Below, piece after piece: positions 26,761 through 40,379 of a DNA stretch of 64,000 nt; within the stretch, counting starts at the first letter, position 1, and each line of letters starts with the position of its first letter. The DNA is from Callorhinchus milii (lineage: Eukaryota): NCBI RefSeq assembly GCF_018977255.1, contig NW_024704771.1, forward strand, positions 4,030,001-4,094,000, given 5' to 3'. A program made the translations under genes and the position numbers. Below the pieces are notes generated by a model. That model saw nothing but the letters and a program-made list of their open reading frames with translations, was not told where the DNA came from and did no database searches.

Positions 26761-27579
26761 GGTCTCAGTGTTTCTGTGCTGTGTGTGTCCCACTCCTTCA
26801 CTGCAGATCACGTCGATCACTTTCACCTTTGGAACTGCTAAGGTGAAGATTGTGGAAAAGCGCCACAGAGATTGAGGAAACGGAGCAAAGTTTATTCTAA
26901 ACACGGCCCGAAAGTGCTGAGGAGGCAGCGTGAGGATAAGATAAGAAACCTGGAAAATATTAACAATAATCCAACGACCTTTGTATTGCATCAGGACGTC
27001 TCAAAGCCCCTCACAGGATTTTACTGCAAAGTGTATTGACTGTGTATTTTGAGATATTAAACTGAGATCCGATGTTCCTGTCTCGGTGGACATTAATAAA
27101 AGAATTGAAGTTCAGGGCAATAATCCTCGAGTTATAATTGATCATTCACTTCATGATTCTTTGTGGGACATTGCTATATATAAATTGCCTTGTGCGTTCA
27201 CCTACAATATACACAGTCACTACACTTCACAGTGAGAAGTGCTTCAGGATATCCTCCTGACATGAAAGGTGCCACTTGAAATGCAAAGCTTATTATTAGT
27301 TTTATTACGATGATGAGGTTTCGTATGTGGATATAAATTGGACTGAGGTTTAACACCTCATGTGAAGGATGGCGCCTCTGACAATGTGGTGCTCCCCCGG
27401 CACAGGGCAGGAGTGTCAGCCCAGACCGTGAGCCCAAACCCCTGACGCGATCTCAGGCCGAAACCATCTCTGCACCACATCAAACCCGGAGTGGTTCGTA
27501 CCAGGAAATGTGGCCTCAAGACCCCGGACACTGAATTGAAGTGTGTGGGCGGTGCCCCGAACCCAACCCAACCGAGGAG

Positions 27580-28230
27580 TTTGGCCCCGCGGTCACCCGG
27601 AGGCGGCGGAGCGGGAGCGGCGGGTGGGGGGGGGGAGGGGCTGACTGGGCTCCAGGCCTCTCTCCGGCCTTCTCCCTCTGACCTGCTGCTGTCTCTGGGC
27701 TTCAGGCCTCGTCCCTCGTCGCTCTCCCCCTTCAGGGGGTCGTCGTTGCCGCCGCCGACAAAAGGCTCCTGAAGGCGCGCGGGAGCCGCGAGCGCCGACC
27801 GTTAGGCGCCGAGGAGCACGTGGGGGGGAGGAGCGGCGCCTGCGCGGTGGCGGCCGATACCCTTATATGGTCAGACCACGTGCTGATGAGCTTCGCGGAC
27901 GGCCAATGGGCGTCTGTCTTTCAAATAGGGCGGGAGAGAAACACACCCACGTGACGATCCCCGCCCAGACCACGTGACGAGGGAGCGCGCGACAGAGCCG
28001 CGAGGCGACTGTTCGGCGGCTCCGACTGTGAGGCGCCGAGGAGCGCGCGGAGCCCCGGCTCGAGGCGGGAGCGGCGCCTGCGCGGTGGCGGCCGAGGCCC
28101 AGTCGAGGGTGAGACCACGTGCTGAGGAGCCCCGCGGGCGGCCAATGGGGGACGCGGCGGGAGCCCACGTGATGAGCGGGAGTGGGCGGGAGACAGAGAG
28201 GCGCGAGCGGCGACCGTTACAGCTCGAGCT
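27580..28230 (-). promoter_or_regulatory. CpG-island promoter/non-coding exon 1, probably of TRIM C
   Basis: CArG/TATA 27861-27870; donor 27683; acceptor at 26949. Confidence 0.6.
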
Positions 28231-28234
28231 TCAC

Positions 28235-28690
28235 ATCCCCCCCACAGGGACAGTTAGAGAGGAGACCCCCCCACAGGGACAGTTAGAAGAGGAGACCCCC
28301 CCCACAGGGACAGTTAGAGAGGAGACCCCCCCACAGGGACAGTTAGAGAGGGAGACCCCCCCACAGGGACAGTTAGAGAGAGGAGACCCCCCCCACAGGG
28401 ACAGTTAGAGAGGAGACCCCCCCACAGGGACAGTTAGAGAGGAGACCCCCCCCCACAGGGACAGTTAGAGAGAGGAGACCCCCCCCACAGGGACAGTTAG
28501 AGAGAGAGCCCCCCACAGGGACAGTTAGAGAGGAGCCCCCCCCACAGGGACAGTTAGAGAGGAGACCCCCCCACAGGGACAGTTAGAGAGGAGACCCCCC
28601 CACAGGGACAGTTAGAGAGGAGACCCCCCACACACACAGGGACAGTTAGAGAGAGTGACCAACCCCCCATTTGGACAGTTAGACAGAGAA
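28235..28690. repeat. ~30-bp minisatellite, ~14 copies
   Basis: Same unit. Confidence 0.95.
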
Positions 28691-29684
28691 GAGCCCCCTC
28701 CCCCCATCCAGCGGAGACCACGTGACGAGGGAGAGTGAGACAGAGCCGTGAGGGGAGCGGTGACCGTGCGGCGGCTCCGACTGTGAGGCCCCGAGGAGTG
28801 CGCGGAGCCCCGGCTCGAGGCGGGAGCGGCGCCTGCGCGGTGGCGGCCGAGACCCGTCTACAACAGCAACAACTAACGCTCATACAGCGCACTCCACACA
28901 GAGCGGCGTCTCAGGGGCTTAACAGGTGCACTGACAAACAGAAGCATTTCCAACTGAACCCAAATCATAGTTTAAACCATAACATATTCCTGACCCCAAC
29001 ATTCCGGGTTGACGTCGGATCAGACACTTTATTGGGAGCAAAGTTGACGCATTGGGTACAATCCGGACACGAACCAATAGAAACCTGATCTCAACGGGGA
29101 GCCCCACACCCAGAGACCCGCCCGGTCTGGCCACAGCCCATTCCCGCTCTGGTGCTGCAGGAGGGGCTCTGTCCTGAAGGGGCAAAGGTTTAAACACAGA
29201 CAAACAAACACCGTCTACAGATCAGAGAGCCGGTCCCGTGGAGATGTCACTGGGACACACACGGGTTAGAGTGGGAATGAGGGGGGGATCGAGAGAGAGA
29301 TCTCAGTGTGTCTGAGAGACAGGAAAGCTCCAGCTGTGACCTCGATGGTTCTGTGTATTTGATATAAACTCTCCCCGCGCTCAGTGCAAAGCCCCTGCAG
29401 TGTTAGCGGCCGGGCTGGTCTGTGGTGAGGTGACGGCTCCGTCACTCACTGTGTGTCCGTCTCCAGCCTTATTACAGGATCTCTCTGGTCCCGCAGAGCT
29501 CAGCGTCTTCTCCCGTAATGACACCCCCCCCACACCGCCCCCTCACAGCGCGTAATCTCTTAAACAACAGACAGTGAATCACGTGGAAGCATAAGTAACA
29601 CTCTGTGCTCTGTAACGCTGTACGGCGTGTAAGACGCTATATAAATCAAAGTTGTTGTTGTTAAGCCACGTCACTGTTACTGTG

Positions 29685-32465
29685 TTATAACCGGCAGATT
29701 CTCAGAGGCTCCGAGTTTTTCCCGCCTTCACTATTACAGGGACAGAAGAGAGGATAAAGCTTCTCAGTGAAAGTGTGGGTGAAAGTGTGGAGATGGGACA
29801 TGTTGTCAGCGTTGTAAAATGACACCTGTCCCCCCTCATAGTCCAGGTAAACCCCGATCTTCCCGGGTCTCACTGTCAGGGGCAGGCGGGTGGGGGGTGA
29901 GGTCAGAGCCTTATAGACCCCACCCCCCAACCCCATACCCCAGACCCCACCCTCTGGTGACCAAGTGGTTGGTTGTTTCCTGTTGACAGATTCTGTGGCC
30001 ACTCCCACAATCCACATTGTCTTGTTGCCCACCTGCACCTCCCAGTAATGTCTCCCTGATGTGAAGCCCTCAGATCCCAGGACGATGGGATAGTTACTAA
30101 ACCTCTTCGGGGAGTCAGGGAGCGGCTGCCGTTTGTCTCCGAGTCTCACACTGGTCAGGTCCTCAGACAGGATGAGCCGGGGATGGGCTGTGTCAGGATC
30201 CAGAGTCAGAGCGGCCGGAGCTGAGAGAGAGAAAAATAACAGAATGGAGTGAGGGGGTGACGGACCGGGGGGGGGGGGGCTGCAGGAGCGAGGGCGGGCA
30301 CTAGGGGACGATGTGTGAGCGGGTGGTCAGAGGGTCAGTGGCTGAACACAGGATAAACAGCACTGATCGGGTGTCCGAGCATGGGGCAGGGGTGGGGTGG
30401 GGTAGGGGTGACGGGTGGGGGAGGGGTGGTGTAGTGGTGAGGGAGGTGTGGGGAGGGTGGGTTAGGGTGAGAGCTGGGAAGTCAAAGCGGTGGGAGGGAG
30501 ACCAAAGGCCACGCTCACACAGACGCCTCTTGAGACTGGACGTGAACGAGGCCAGGGAGGAACTGAGGAGAAGGACCGAGGTCCAGTGTGCGGCTGTGAG
30601 GCTGAAAGCCCGGCCACCGATTGTAGGGCGGGTCGGGCGGGAAACATGTGTTTAGTTTGTGAGGATCAGGTGACTGTCAGATATTCACACACCTTCAGTC
30701 TGAGAATGGGAGCCATGTACCTGGGCTGATGCTGTGTCTCATGTCTCTCCAGACTGTGTACTGTAGAGGCCCTTTGTATATCCCCACCGGCAGATCCCCC
30801 TCAGATAGTGACAGTGTATAATCTTCATCACTGATCCTGAAATAAGAGACGTTCACATTATAAAGTGAAACTACACATTGTGTTTGGTTTGTGCAGTAAA
30901 TTCTGGAGATATTTTGTAAAGAACATTTCATACCTTCTTTTCCGAGCAGTTTCCTCCTAATGAAATAAAACACAGACAGATCTGAGCTCACACTGAGACA
31001 CCACATTGTAAACTCAGATACACAGAATACAATTCTACAGCACACGGTTTTCTGTAATTATTACAGGAATGTTAGTCACTCAATGTTGTCCCCAAACCCA
31101 GAAAGTTCAGATAGGGAGCAATGATAAAATGGTGTTTGTGTGTTTATAGTCAGTGACAGACACACAGTGAGACCTCCTTACAAACACACATCCTCACGGT
31201 CAGTAACTTACAGATACTCACCTGTAGATACAGTAAAAAGAACATTAATGGGATTACACTATAATTAGAAGGTAAATGATAACATTCTCACACAGATGAA
31301 TAAATGTTAATTCCAGGATAACCACAGCTGAGGTGTCCCTGGATGTTGGCTTTGCAGGGACACTGCAGGCCCTGGGAGTGACTGATGTGGGTTCAGTTCT
31401 GTACTGAGTGACAGCAGCAGAGTCGCTATCAGATTATACCAAATAATCAATAAAATCACTGCGCTGTTTAACAGTCAGACTGTGACTTTCTGCTCCAGAC
31501 TGTGTGTAACTTTTACTGAACTAAATTATCATTTCATCTCTTTACCTGCAGAAAGGTGAGAGCGTCTGTCTCCATCTGTTTCTGTAACTCTGAGATCTTT
31601 TGCTGAACAGAATTTAATTTGCCCCGAATCTCTCGCAGGTTTTTATCCATTCGGTGTAACACCTCCTCCTCTCGCTGTCTGAGCTCTCGGATCACACGCT
31701 GCTCTCTGTCAGTGAGGCTCTGGTGCATTTTAGCAAACTCAGCCGTGATGTGGTTCTGGTGACTGTTCACCTGTTCCTGCAAAATGAAGCGTCAGCCATC
31801 ACACAGCGCACAGTAAAGAGAGAAACACGACTGAAAGCCCAGACATCAGCCCCGACACAACTAACCTTCACTTGTGAAATCTTTTCTTTCTGTTTCCCTT
31901 CAGCTTCCAGAGCTGCGGCCTTCCTCTGTGTGAGAGAGTCTAAGGAGGATTGCACTTTATCCTGGAATTAAATAGAATCAGTGAGAAAAGTCTTATTTAA
32001 ACAAACAGAGAATTAGATCAGACTGAGCCCGATTGACTGTCTGGTGCCTTTTACCTTATAGATCCGAACAGCCTCCGCTACGGGGATGAAGCTGTGGGTT
32101 CTGTGTTCTCGGGCGTCTCTGCAAACCACACACATCAGTTTCTTGTCTGTTTCACAGAACAGTTTCAGTTCCTCCTGATGCTCCTCACAGTAAGGTCTTC
32201 TTTCTGTCTCTTTCGGGGCCGGGTTCAGCTGTCGAACTTTCTGCACCATCCTCGCCAAGACCCAGTTGCACCTCATGGTTCTCTTGGAAAAGACTGTTCT
32301 ACATTCGGGACAGGCATTTCTCTCCTTCTTTTCCCAGCTCTGGTTACAGCAGATACAGGAGCGGCAAAAGCTGTGACCACAATCCAGGGTGACCGGATTA
32401 GTGAAGATCTCCAGACAAACCGGACAATTTAACTCCTCGTTCAGACTCTGGTGTCTGGAAGCCAT
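29685..32465 (-). CDS. TRIM gene D, intact RING-Bbox-CC-B30.2 E3 ligase (~470 aa)
   Basis: Exons 32465-32055, 31961-31866, 31776-31546, 30956-30934, 30836-30721 and 30220-29685; all GT-AG, in frame. Confidence 0.92.
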
Positions 32466-33319
32466 GGTCACCTCACGGCCCCCCTGGTCACACACCTATC
32501 AGTCTCAGTGTTTCTGTGCTGTGTGTGTCCCACTCCTTCACTGCTGATCACGTCGATCACTTTCACCTTTGGAACTGCTACGGTGAAGATTGTGGAAAAG
32601 CACCACAGAGATTGAGGCAACGGAGCAAAGTTTATTCTGAACACGGCCCGAAAGTGCTGAGGAGGCAGCGTGAGCATAAGATAAGAAACCTGGAAAATAT
32701 TAACAATAATCCAACGACCTTTGTATTGCATCAGGACGTCTCAAAGCCCCTCACGGGATTTTACTGCAAAGTGTAGTGACTGTGTATTTTGAAATATTAA
32801 ACTGAGATCCGATGTTCCTCTCTCGGTGGACATTAATAAAAGAATTGAAGTTCAGGGCAATAATCCTCGAGTTATAATTGATCATTCACTTCATGATTCT
32901 TTGTGGGACATTGCTATATATAAATTGCCTTGTGCGTTCACCTACAATATACACAGTCACTACACTTCACAGTGTGAAGTGCTTCAGGATATCCTCCTGA
33001 CATGAAAGGTGCCACTTGAAATGCAAAGCTTATTATTAGTTTTATTACGATGATGAGGTTTCGTATGTGGATATAAATTGGACTGAGGTTTAACACCTCA
33101 TGTGAAGGATGGCGCCTCTGACAATGTGGTGCTCCCCCGGCACAGGGCAGGAGTGTCAGCCCAGACCGTGAGCCCAAACCCCTGACGCGATCTCAGGCCG
33201 AAACCATCTCTGCACCACATCAAACCCGGAGTGGTTCGTACCAGGAAATGTGGCCTCAAGACCCCGGACACTGAATTGAAGTGTGTGGGCGGTGCCCCGA
33301 ACCCAACCCAACCGAGGAG

Positions 33320-33970
33320 TTTGGCCCCGCGGTCACCCGGAGGCGGCGGAGCGGGAGCGGCGGGGGGGGGGGGGAGGGGCTGACTGGGCTCCAGGCCTCT
33401 CTCCGGCCTTCTCCCTCTGACCTGCTGCTGTCTCTGGGCTTCAGGCCTCGTCCCTCGTCGCTCTCCCCCTTCAGGGGGTCGTCGTTGCCGCCAACAACAA
33501 AAGGCTCCTGAAGGCGCGCGGGAGCCGCGAGCGCCGACCGTTAGGCGCCGAGGAGCACGTGGGGGGGAGGAGCGGCGCCTGCGCGGTGGCGGCCGATACC
33601 CTTATATGGTCAGACCACGTGCTGATGAGCCTCGCGGACGGCCAATGGGCGTCTGTCTTTCAAATAGGGCGGGAGAGAAACACACCCACGTGACGATCCC
33701 CGCCCAGACCACGTGACGAGGGAGCGCGCGACAGAGCCGCGAGGCGACTGTTCGGCGGCTCCGACTGTGAGGCGCCGAGGAGCGCGCGGAGCCCCGGCTC
33801 GAGGCGGGAGCGGCGCCTGCGCGGTGGCGGCCGAGGCCCAGTCGAGGGTGAGACCACGTGCTGAGGAGCCCCGCGGGCGGCCAATGGGGGACGCGGCGGG
33901 AGCCCACGTGATGAGCGGGAGTGGGCGGGAGACAGAGAGGCGCGAGCGGCGACCGTTACAGCTCGAGCTT
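33320..33970 (-). promoter_or_regulatory. CpG-island promoter/non-coding exon 1, probably of TRIM D
   Basis: CArG/TATA 33600-33609; donor 33422; acceptor at 32689. Confidence 0.6.
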
Positions 33971-33974
33971 CACA

Positions 33975-34565
33975 TCCCCCCACAGGGACAGTTAGAGAGA
34001 GGAGACCCCCCCACAGGGACAGTTAGAGAGGAGACCCCCCCACAGGGACAGTTAGAGAGGAGACCCCCCCCACAGGGACAGTTAGAGAGGAGACCCCCCC
34101 ACAGGGACAGTTAGAGAGGAGACCCCCCCCACAGGGACAGTTAGAGAGGAGACCCCCCCCACAGGGACAGTTAGAGAGAGGAGACCCCCCCACAGGGACA
34201 GTTAGAGAGAGAGACCCCCCCACAGGGACAGTTAGAGAGGAGACCCCCCCACAGGGACAGTTAGAGAGGAGACCCCCCCCACAGGGACAGTTAGAGAGGA
34301 GACCCCCCCACAGGGACAGTTAGAGAGGAGACCCCCCCACAGGGACAGTTAGAGAGGAGACCCCCCCACAGGGACAGTTAGAGAGGAGACCCCCCCACAG
34401 GGACAGTTAGAGAGGAGACCCCCCCACAGGGACAGTTAGAGAGGAGACCCCCCACAGGGACAGTTAGAGAGGAGACCCACCACCCACAGGGACAGTTAGA
34501 GAGGAGACCCCCCCCACAGGGACAGTTAGAGAGAGTGACCACCCCCCATTTGGACAGTTAGACAG
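33975..34565. repeat. ~30-bp minisatellite, ~19 copies
   Basis: Same unit. Confidence 0.95.
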
Positions 34566-35493
34566 AGAAGAGCCCCCTCCCCCCATCCAGAGACCACCAC
34601 GTGACGAGGGAGAGCGAGACAGAGCCGTGAGGGGAGCGGTGACCGTGCGGCGGCTCCGCCTGTGAGGCCCCGAGGAGTGCGCGGAGCCCCGGCTCGAGGC
34701 GGGAGCGGCGTCTGCGCGGTGGCGGCCGAGACCCGTCTACAACAGCAACAACTTGCGCTCATACAGCGCACTCCACACAGAGCGGCGTCTCAGGGGCTTA
34801 ACAGGTGCACTGACAAACAGAAGCATTTCCAACTGAACCCAAATCATAGTTTAAACCATAACATATTCCTGACCCCAACATTCCGGGTTGACGTCGGATC
34901 AGACACTTTATTGGGAGCAAAGTTGACGCATTGGGTACAATCCGGACACAAACCAATAGAAACCTGATCTCAACGGGGAGCCCCACACCCAGAGACCCGC
35001 CCGGTCTGGCCACAGCCCATTCCCGCTCTGGTGCTGCAGGAGGGGCTCTGTCCTGAAGGGGCAAAGGTTTAAACACAGACAAACAAACACCGTCTACAGA
35101 TCAGAGAGTCGGTCCCGTGGAGATGTCACTGGGACACACACGGGTTAGAGTGGGAATGAGGGGGGATCGAGAGAGAGATCTCAGTGTGTCTGAGAGACAG
35201 GAAAGCTCCAGCTGTGACCTCGATGGTTCTGTGTATTTGATATAAACTCTCCCCGCGCTCAGTGCAAAGCCCCTGCAGTGTTAGCGGCCGGGCTGGTCTG
35301 TGGTGAGGTGACGGCTCCGTCACTCACTGTGTGTCCGTCTCCAGCCTTATTACAGGATCTCTATGGACCCGTAGAGCTCGGCATCTTCTCCTGTAATGAC
35401 CCCCCGACCCCATCCGCTCCCACCCCGTATCCCTTAAACAGCAGACAGTGAATCAAATGGAAACTGAGATAAAGCCACGTCACTGTTACTGTG

Positions 35494-38348
35494 TTATAAG
35501 CAGCAGATTCTCAGAGGCTCAGAGTTTTTCCCGCTATCGCTCTGGTGGGGATTGAAGAGAGGATAAAGTTTCTCAGTGAAAGTGTGGGTGAAAGTGTGGA
35601 GATGGGACATGTTGTCAGCGTTGTAAAATGACACCTGTCCCCCCTCATAGTCCAGGTATACCCCGATCTTCCCGGGTCTCACTGTCAGGGGCAGGCGGGT
35701 GGGAGGTGAGGTCAGCGCCCAATAGACCCCACCCACCAGCCACACCCCCCAGACCCCACCCTCTGGTGACCAAGTGATTGGTTGTTTCCTGTTGACAGAC
35801 TCTGTGGCCACTCCCACAATCCACGCAGTCTTGTTGCCCACCTGCACCTCCCAGTAATGTCTCCCTGATGTGAAGCCCTCAGATCCCAGGACGATGGGAT
35901 AGTTACTAAACCTCTTCGGGGTGTCAGGGAGCGGCTGCCGTTTGTCTCCGTGTCTCACACTGGTCAGGTCCTCAGACAGGATGAGCTCGGGATGGGCTGT
36001 GTCAGGATCCAGAGTCAGAGCGGCCGGAGCTGAGAGAGAGAGAAAAATAACAGAGTGGAGTGAGGGGNNNNNNNNNNNNNNNNNNNNNNNNNGTGACGGA
36101 GCGGGGGGGGGGGGGCTGCAGGAGCGAGGGCGGGCACTAGGGGGCGGTGTGTGAGCTGGTGGTCAGAGGGTCAGTTGCTGAACACAGGATAAACAGCACT
36201 GATCGGGTACCGCCGCCAGCAGCGGGCGCTGGGGACAACAACAACAACAACAACAAAATGACAAAGCGCTGAACAGTCAGGTGTCGGGGCCCAAGCATGG
36301 GGAGGGAGGGGTGGGGGAGGTGTGGGGGTGAGGGAGCGGTGAGGGAGGTGTGGGGTTAGGGTGAGAGGTGGGGTGCGGTGAGGGAAGGCAAAGAGGTGGG
36401 TGGGAGACCAAAGGCCACGGTCGAAGAGAAGGGTCTTGAGACCGGCCTTGGAGGAGACGAGGGAGGAAGTGAGGCGAAGGGACCGTGGTCCAGAGTGTGG
36501 GGGCAGAGAGGCTGAAAGCCCGGCCACCGATGGTAGGGCGGGTCGGGCGGGAGACATGTGTTTAGTTTGTGAGGATCAGGTGACTGTCAGATATTCACAC
36601 ACCTTCAGTCTGAGAATGGGAGCCATGTACCTGGGCTGATGCTGTGTCTCATGTCTCTCCAGACTGTGTACTGAAGAGGCCCTTTGTATATCCCCACAGG
36701 CAGATCCCCCTCAGATAGTGACAGCATAAAATCCTTATCACTGATCCTGAAATAAGAGACGTTCACATTATAAAGTGAAACTACACATTGTGTTTGGTTT
36801 GTGCAGTAAATTCTGGGGATATTTTGTGAAGAACATTTCATACCTTCTCTTCCGAGCAGTTTCCTCCTAATGAAATAAAACACAGACAGATCTGAGCTCA
36901 CACTGAGACACCACATTGTAAACTCAGATACACAGAATAGAATTCTACAGCCCTTCCCTATTACATGTGAATATTACTGTAATTATATGTGAGTCCTACT
37001 CATGGTAGCACTGCTGGTGGAAGATCATCAGCAGAGGGCGACTCGGCAAGTCCTACTAGCTAAAAGTCACATATAATTGGTCATTTCCTACACGTTGTGG
37101 GATTGTGCAATGGCCGTCCAAAGTCATCACTTACAGTGTGTTGAGCCTTAGTTCCGACGGAGCGTATTCATGCAAGGTTTTTTTGGTTAGTCTGTCAGAC
37201 AGCAGCAAGTCTCACAGATTATACCAAATAATCAATAAAATCACTGGCTGTTTAACATTCAAGACTGTGACTTTCTGCTCCAGACTATTGACCTTTTCTG
37301 AATAAATTATCATTTCACCTCTTTACCTGCAGAAAGGTGAGAGCGTCTTGTTTCCATCTGTTTCTGTAACTCTGAGAGTTTTCTGCTCAGAGATCTAATT
37401 TGCCCCGAATCTCTCCAGTTTTTCTCCATTGGTGTAAAACTCTCCTCCTCTCGCTGTCTGAGCTCTCGGATTTCACGCTGCTCTCTATCAGTAATGCTCT
37501 GGTGCATTTTTGCAAACTCAGCCGTGATGTGGTTCGCAGATTTGTCGCCTGTTCCTGAAAATGAAGCTCAGACATCACACTGCGCACAGTAAAGAGAGAC
37601 AACGACTGAGAGCCCAGACATCAGCCCCGACACAACTTACCTTCACTTGTGAAATCTTTTTTTCTGTTTCCTTCAGCTTCCAGAGCCGCAGCCTTACTCT
37701 GTGTGAGAGAATCTAAGGAGGAGTTCACTTTATCCTGGAATTAAACACAAACACACAGAGGAAAAGTTGACGTGATATATAGTGACAGTGAGGTGTATTA
37801 TTATATTTTTATAGACATCTGCCATCTGGCGTACTCGCCCCCTAAAGCCCACTCAACCACTAGACATGCATGTCACCCTTCCTCCCTCCCCGTGTCCGCC
37901 CTGGGCGTTCCGTGACGCATCAATGTCTGTGTGTTACCTTATAGATTTCAACAGCTTCGTCAATGGGCAGGAAGCTGTGATCTCTGTGTTCCTGTGCATC
38001 TCTACAGATGTGGCAGATCACCTTCTTGTCAGTTTCACAGAACAGCTTCAGTTGTTCCTGGTGTTTCTCACAGCGACGTTTAATTGCCGTGTCTTTCGGG
38101 TCCAGGTTCAAATCCCGAGCTTTCTCTGACAGATTCCCCAGGGCCCGATTGGTCCTGAGGTTCCTTTCCGGCAAAGTCTCCTGACACACAGGACAGGAGC
38201 TCGGCCCCGGCTTTTCCCAGCACCGTGTGATACAGGAGCGGCAGAAGCTGTGGCTACAATCCAGGATAACGGGATCAGTAAAGAGTTCCAGACAAACCGG
38301 ACAAATTAACTCCTCGGTCAGACTCTGAGTCTGGTGTTGAGAAGCCAT
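35494..38348 (-). CDS. TRIM gene E; RING, linker and B30.2 exons intact, coiled-coil exons with indels (probably low-quality sequence)
   Basis: Exons 38348-37938, 37734-37641 (94 nt vs 96), 37554-37327 (228 nt vs 231, scattered indels), 36866-36844, 36746-36631 and 36029-35494. RING exon nearly identical to gene H. Confidence 0.75.
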
Positions 38349-38379
38349 TTTACCCTCAGCTCTTCCTGATTCAAAACTG

Positions 38380-38390
38380 CTTTCAGTTTC
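38380..38390 (-). promoter_or_regulatory. ISRE-like element upstream of TRIM E
   Basis: GAAACTGAAAG on minus, ~32 bp before the ATG. Confidence 0.5.
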
Positions 38391-38459
38391 AACGTCAGTG
38401 TTGCTCCTCCCCGATAGTCAGCTCCCGGGTCTGAGGAAACTTGGCCAACAAATTCCCCC

Positions 38460-38529
38460 TACCCGGGAATCGAACCCAGGTCCTCTCGCTTGCGAGGCGA
38501 GCGCTCTAACCACTGCACTGCAGGAATCC
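38460..38529 (-). mobile_element. tRNA-Ala-derived SINE head
   Basis: GGATTCCTGCAGTGCAGTGGTTAGAGCGCTCGCCTCGCAAGCGAGAGGACCTGGGTTCGATTCCCGGGT; anticodon CGC; no acceptor stem; family body follows. Confidence 0.7.
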
Positions 38530-38699
38530 CACAGCTTCCCGATCCCCACATCCCGGGATTAGTGACCGGAATGACCTGATCAGGGTGATCAGTGTAGAAG
38601 TCTCCTCTCTGCTTCTCCATAATAGTGGTCGTTCCTTTCATGGCTGTGTGCAAATTTGCCGCCACATTTGCCTGCAAAATGCACAGCCACTACACTTCA

Positions 38700-39345
38700 T
38701 CATAACTCCTGTGCAGTGCTTTGAGACGTTCCTCCTGACGTGAGAGGCGCTGTTTCAAACAAAAGAATTGTTATTGTTCAATAGTTGGGGGTTGGGGGCA
38801 GAGTGGCTGAAGGCTCTCCCGCCAATGGTGGGGCGGGTGGGTCGGGGGCCGTGGAGCAGCCAGAGCCGGCTGAGCGGAGGGAGCGGGCGGGTCGGTAGGG
38901 GGTTAGGAGGTAATAGAGGTAGGGTGGGGCGAGGCCATGGAGGGCTTTGTCAGGTGAGGACCAGGATCTGGAACTGGATCCTCTGAAGGATAGGGAGCCA
39001 ATGGAGTCGGGCGAGAGTGGGGGAGGAGATGGGGGTCACGGAGTTTGGTGCGGGAGAGGACACGGGCTGCGGAGTTGTGGATTACCTGCAACTGTGGAGG
39101 GAGGAGTTGGGAAGGCCGACAAGCCGAGCGTTTGCACCTTCGAGCCTGGAGGTGATGAAGGCACGAACAAGAGTTTCAGTGGCCTGAGGGGTGAGGTAGT
39201 GGCGGAGTCGGGCGATGTTACGGAGCTGAGGGAAGGCAGAGCCGGTCATGACTTGGATGTGGGGGAGAAAAGACAGTTGAGGGTCGAACAAGACACCCGG
39301 GTTCCTGACTGGCGGTGAGTTGAAGTGTGCAACCGTGGCCAACTG
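38700..39345 (-). mobile_element. L2-clade LINE fragment (ORF2 C-terminal region plus tail)
   Basis: ORFs 39082-39342 ([18 protein letters not shown]...LRNIARLRHYLT...ETLVRAFITSRL) and 38903-39091 (QVIHNSAARVLSRTK). Confidence 0.85.
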
Positions 39346-39369
39346 AAGTCCTCACGCAGACAACTGAAG

Positions 39370-39920
39370 CTGTTGTGTGAAACTACACCGTGTGTTTGGT
39401 TTGTGTGTTAAATCCCGGGGATATTTTGTGAAGAACATTTCACGCCTTCTCTTCCGCCCGACTCCCTCCCCATGAAATAAAACACAGACAGATCTGAGCT
39501 GACACTGAGGCGCGACATCGCAAACTCAAGACAGCGGGGATAAAAAGTATTGCTAAAAATTATGACTGGAACACTAATCTATTACCTCTTACAAAGTATA
39601 CAGTCAATCCACTTGACAGTATATTCCGTGAAGCGGTTTGAGACGGTCTCAAAGCCGTGACAAGGCGCTATACCGAATGCAAAGTGATTATGATTATTGT
39701 TGTTAATTATTAACCATTTCAGGAGGCAGAGCGAGACGTTAAGAAACCTGGAAAATATTAACACTAATCCGTGCGTTTGATATTGGGTCCGGAAGCGGAA
39801 CTTTCACTGAACTGAGTTCGAATTTCGTCGCTTCACCTGCAGAAAGGTGAGTGTGTTGTTTTCCATCTGTTTCCCTGAGAGCCGTTGCTGAACAGAATCT
39901 AAAATGCCCCCCCACCGCCC
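39370..39920 (-). pseudogene. TRIM relic F: decayed 23-nt exon region, 5' UTR acceptor and 3' end of the coiled-coil exon
   Basis: Homology to the paralogue introns (aaactacac...gaagaacatttc...gatctgagct), aaacctggaaaaatattaaca at ~39745, and [18 protein letters not shown] at 39830-39890. Confidence 0.65.
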
Positions 39921-40379
39921 ACGTGTGTTCTGACTGACAACCGCCCACAGATAAAATCGGAGGTGAGAGCGCTCGCCTCGCGAACCAGAGGACCCGGGTT
40001 CGAATCCCGGGCGGGTCAGGGCGACGACTGAGCCAACTTTCCTTACTCCACACACACACACACACGCACACACACACACGCGCGGTGCGCGTCTCTGGTT
40101 ACAGAGCAGTAAGTCGGAACCCGCTCGTTAGCCGATTGGCGGATGGGGCAAAGGAGGTAAATTGAGTTGAGCTACAGATCAGCTGTGATCTGTTCGAAAA
40201 GCGTAACAGGCTCGAGGGGCTGAATGGCCTCCTCCTGTTCCTGTGCTCAACATTGAACACTTCCTCAGTCCCACCACCACCACCACCACCACCACGAGAT
40301 GGCAGCACAGGCCCACCTACTGGCACCGTGTCCTCCGACAGTGTTGGCGAGTTGTCTGAGAAAGGTAAATGATAATAAT

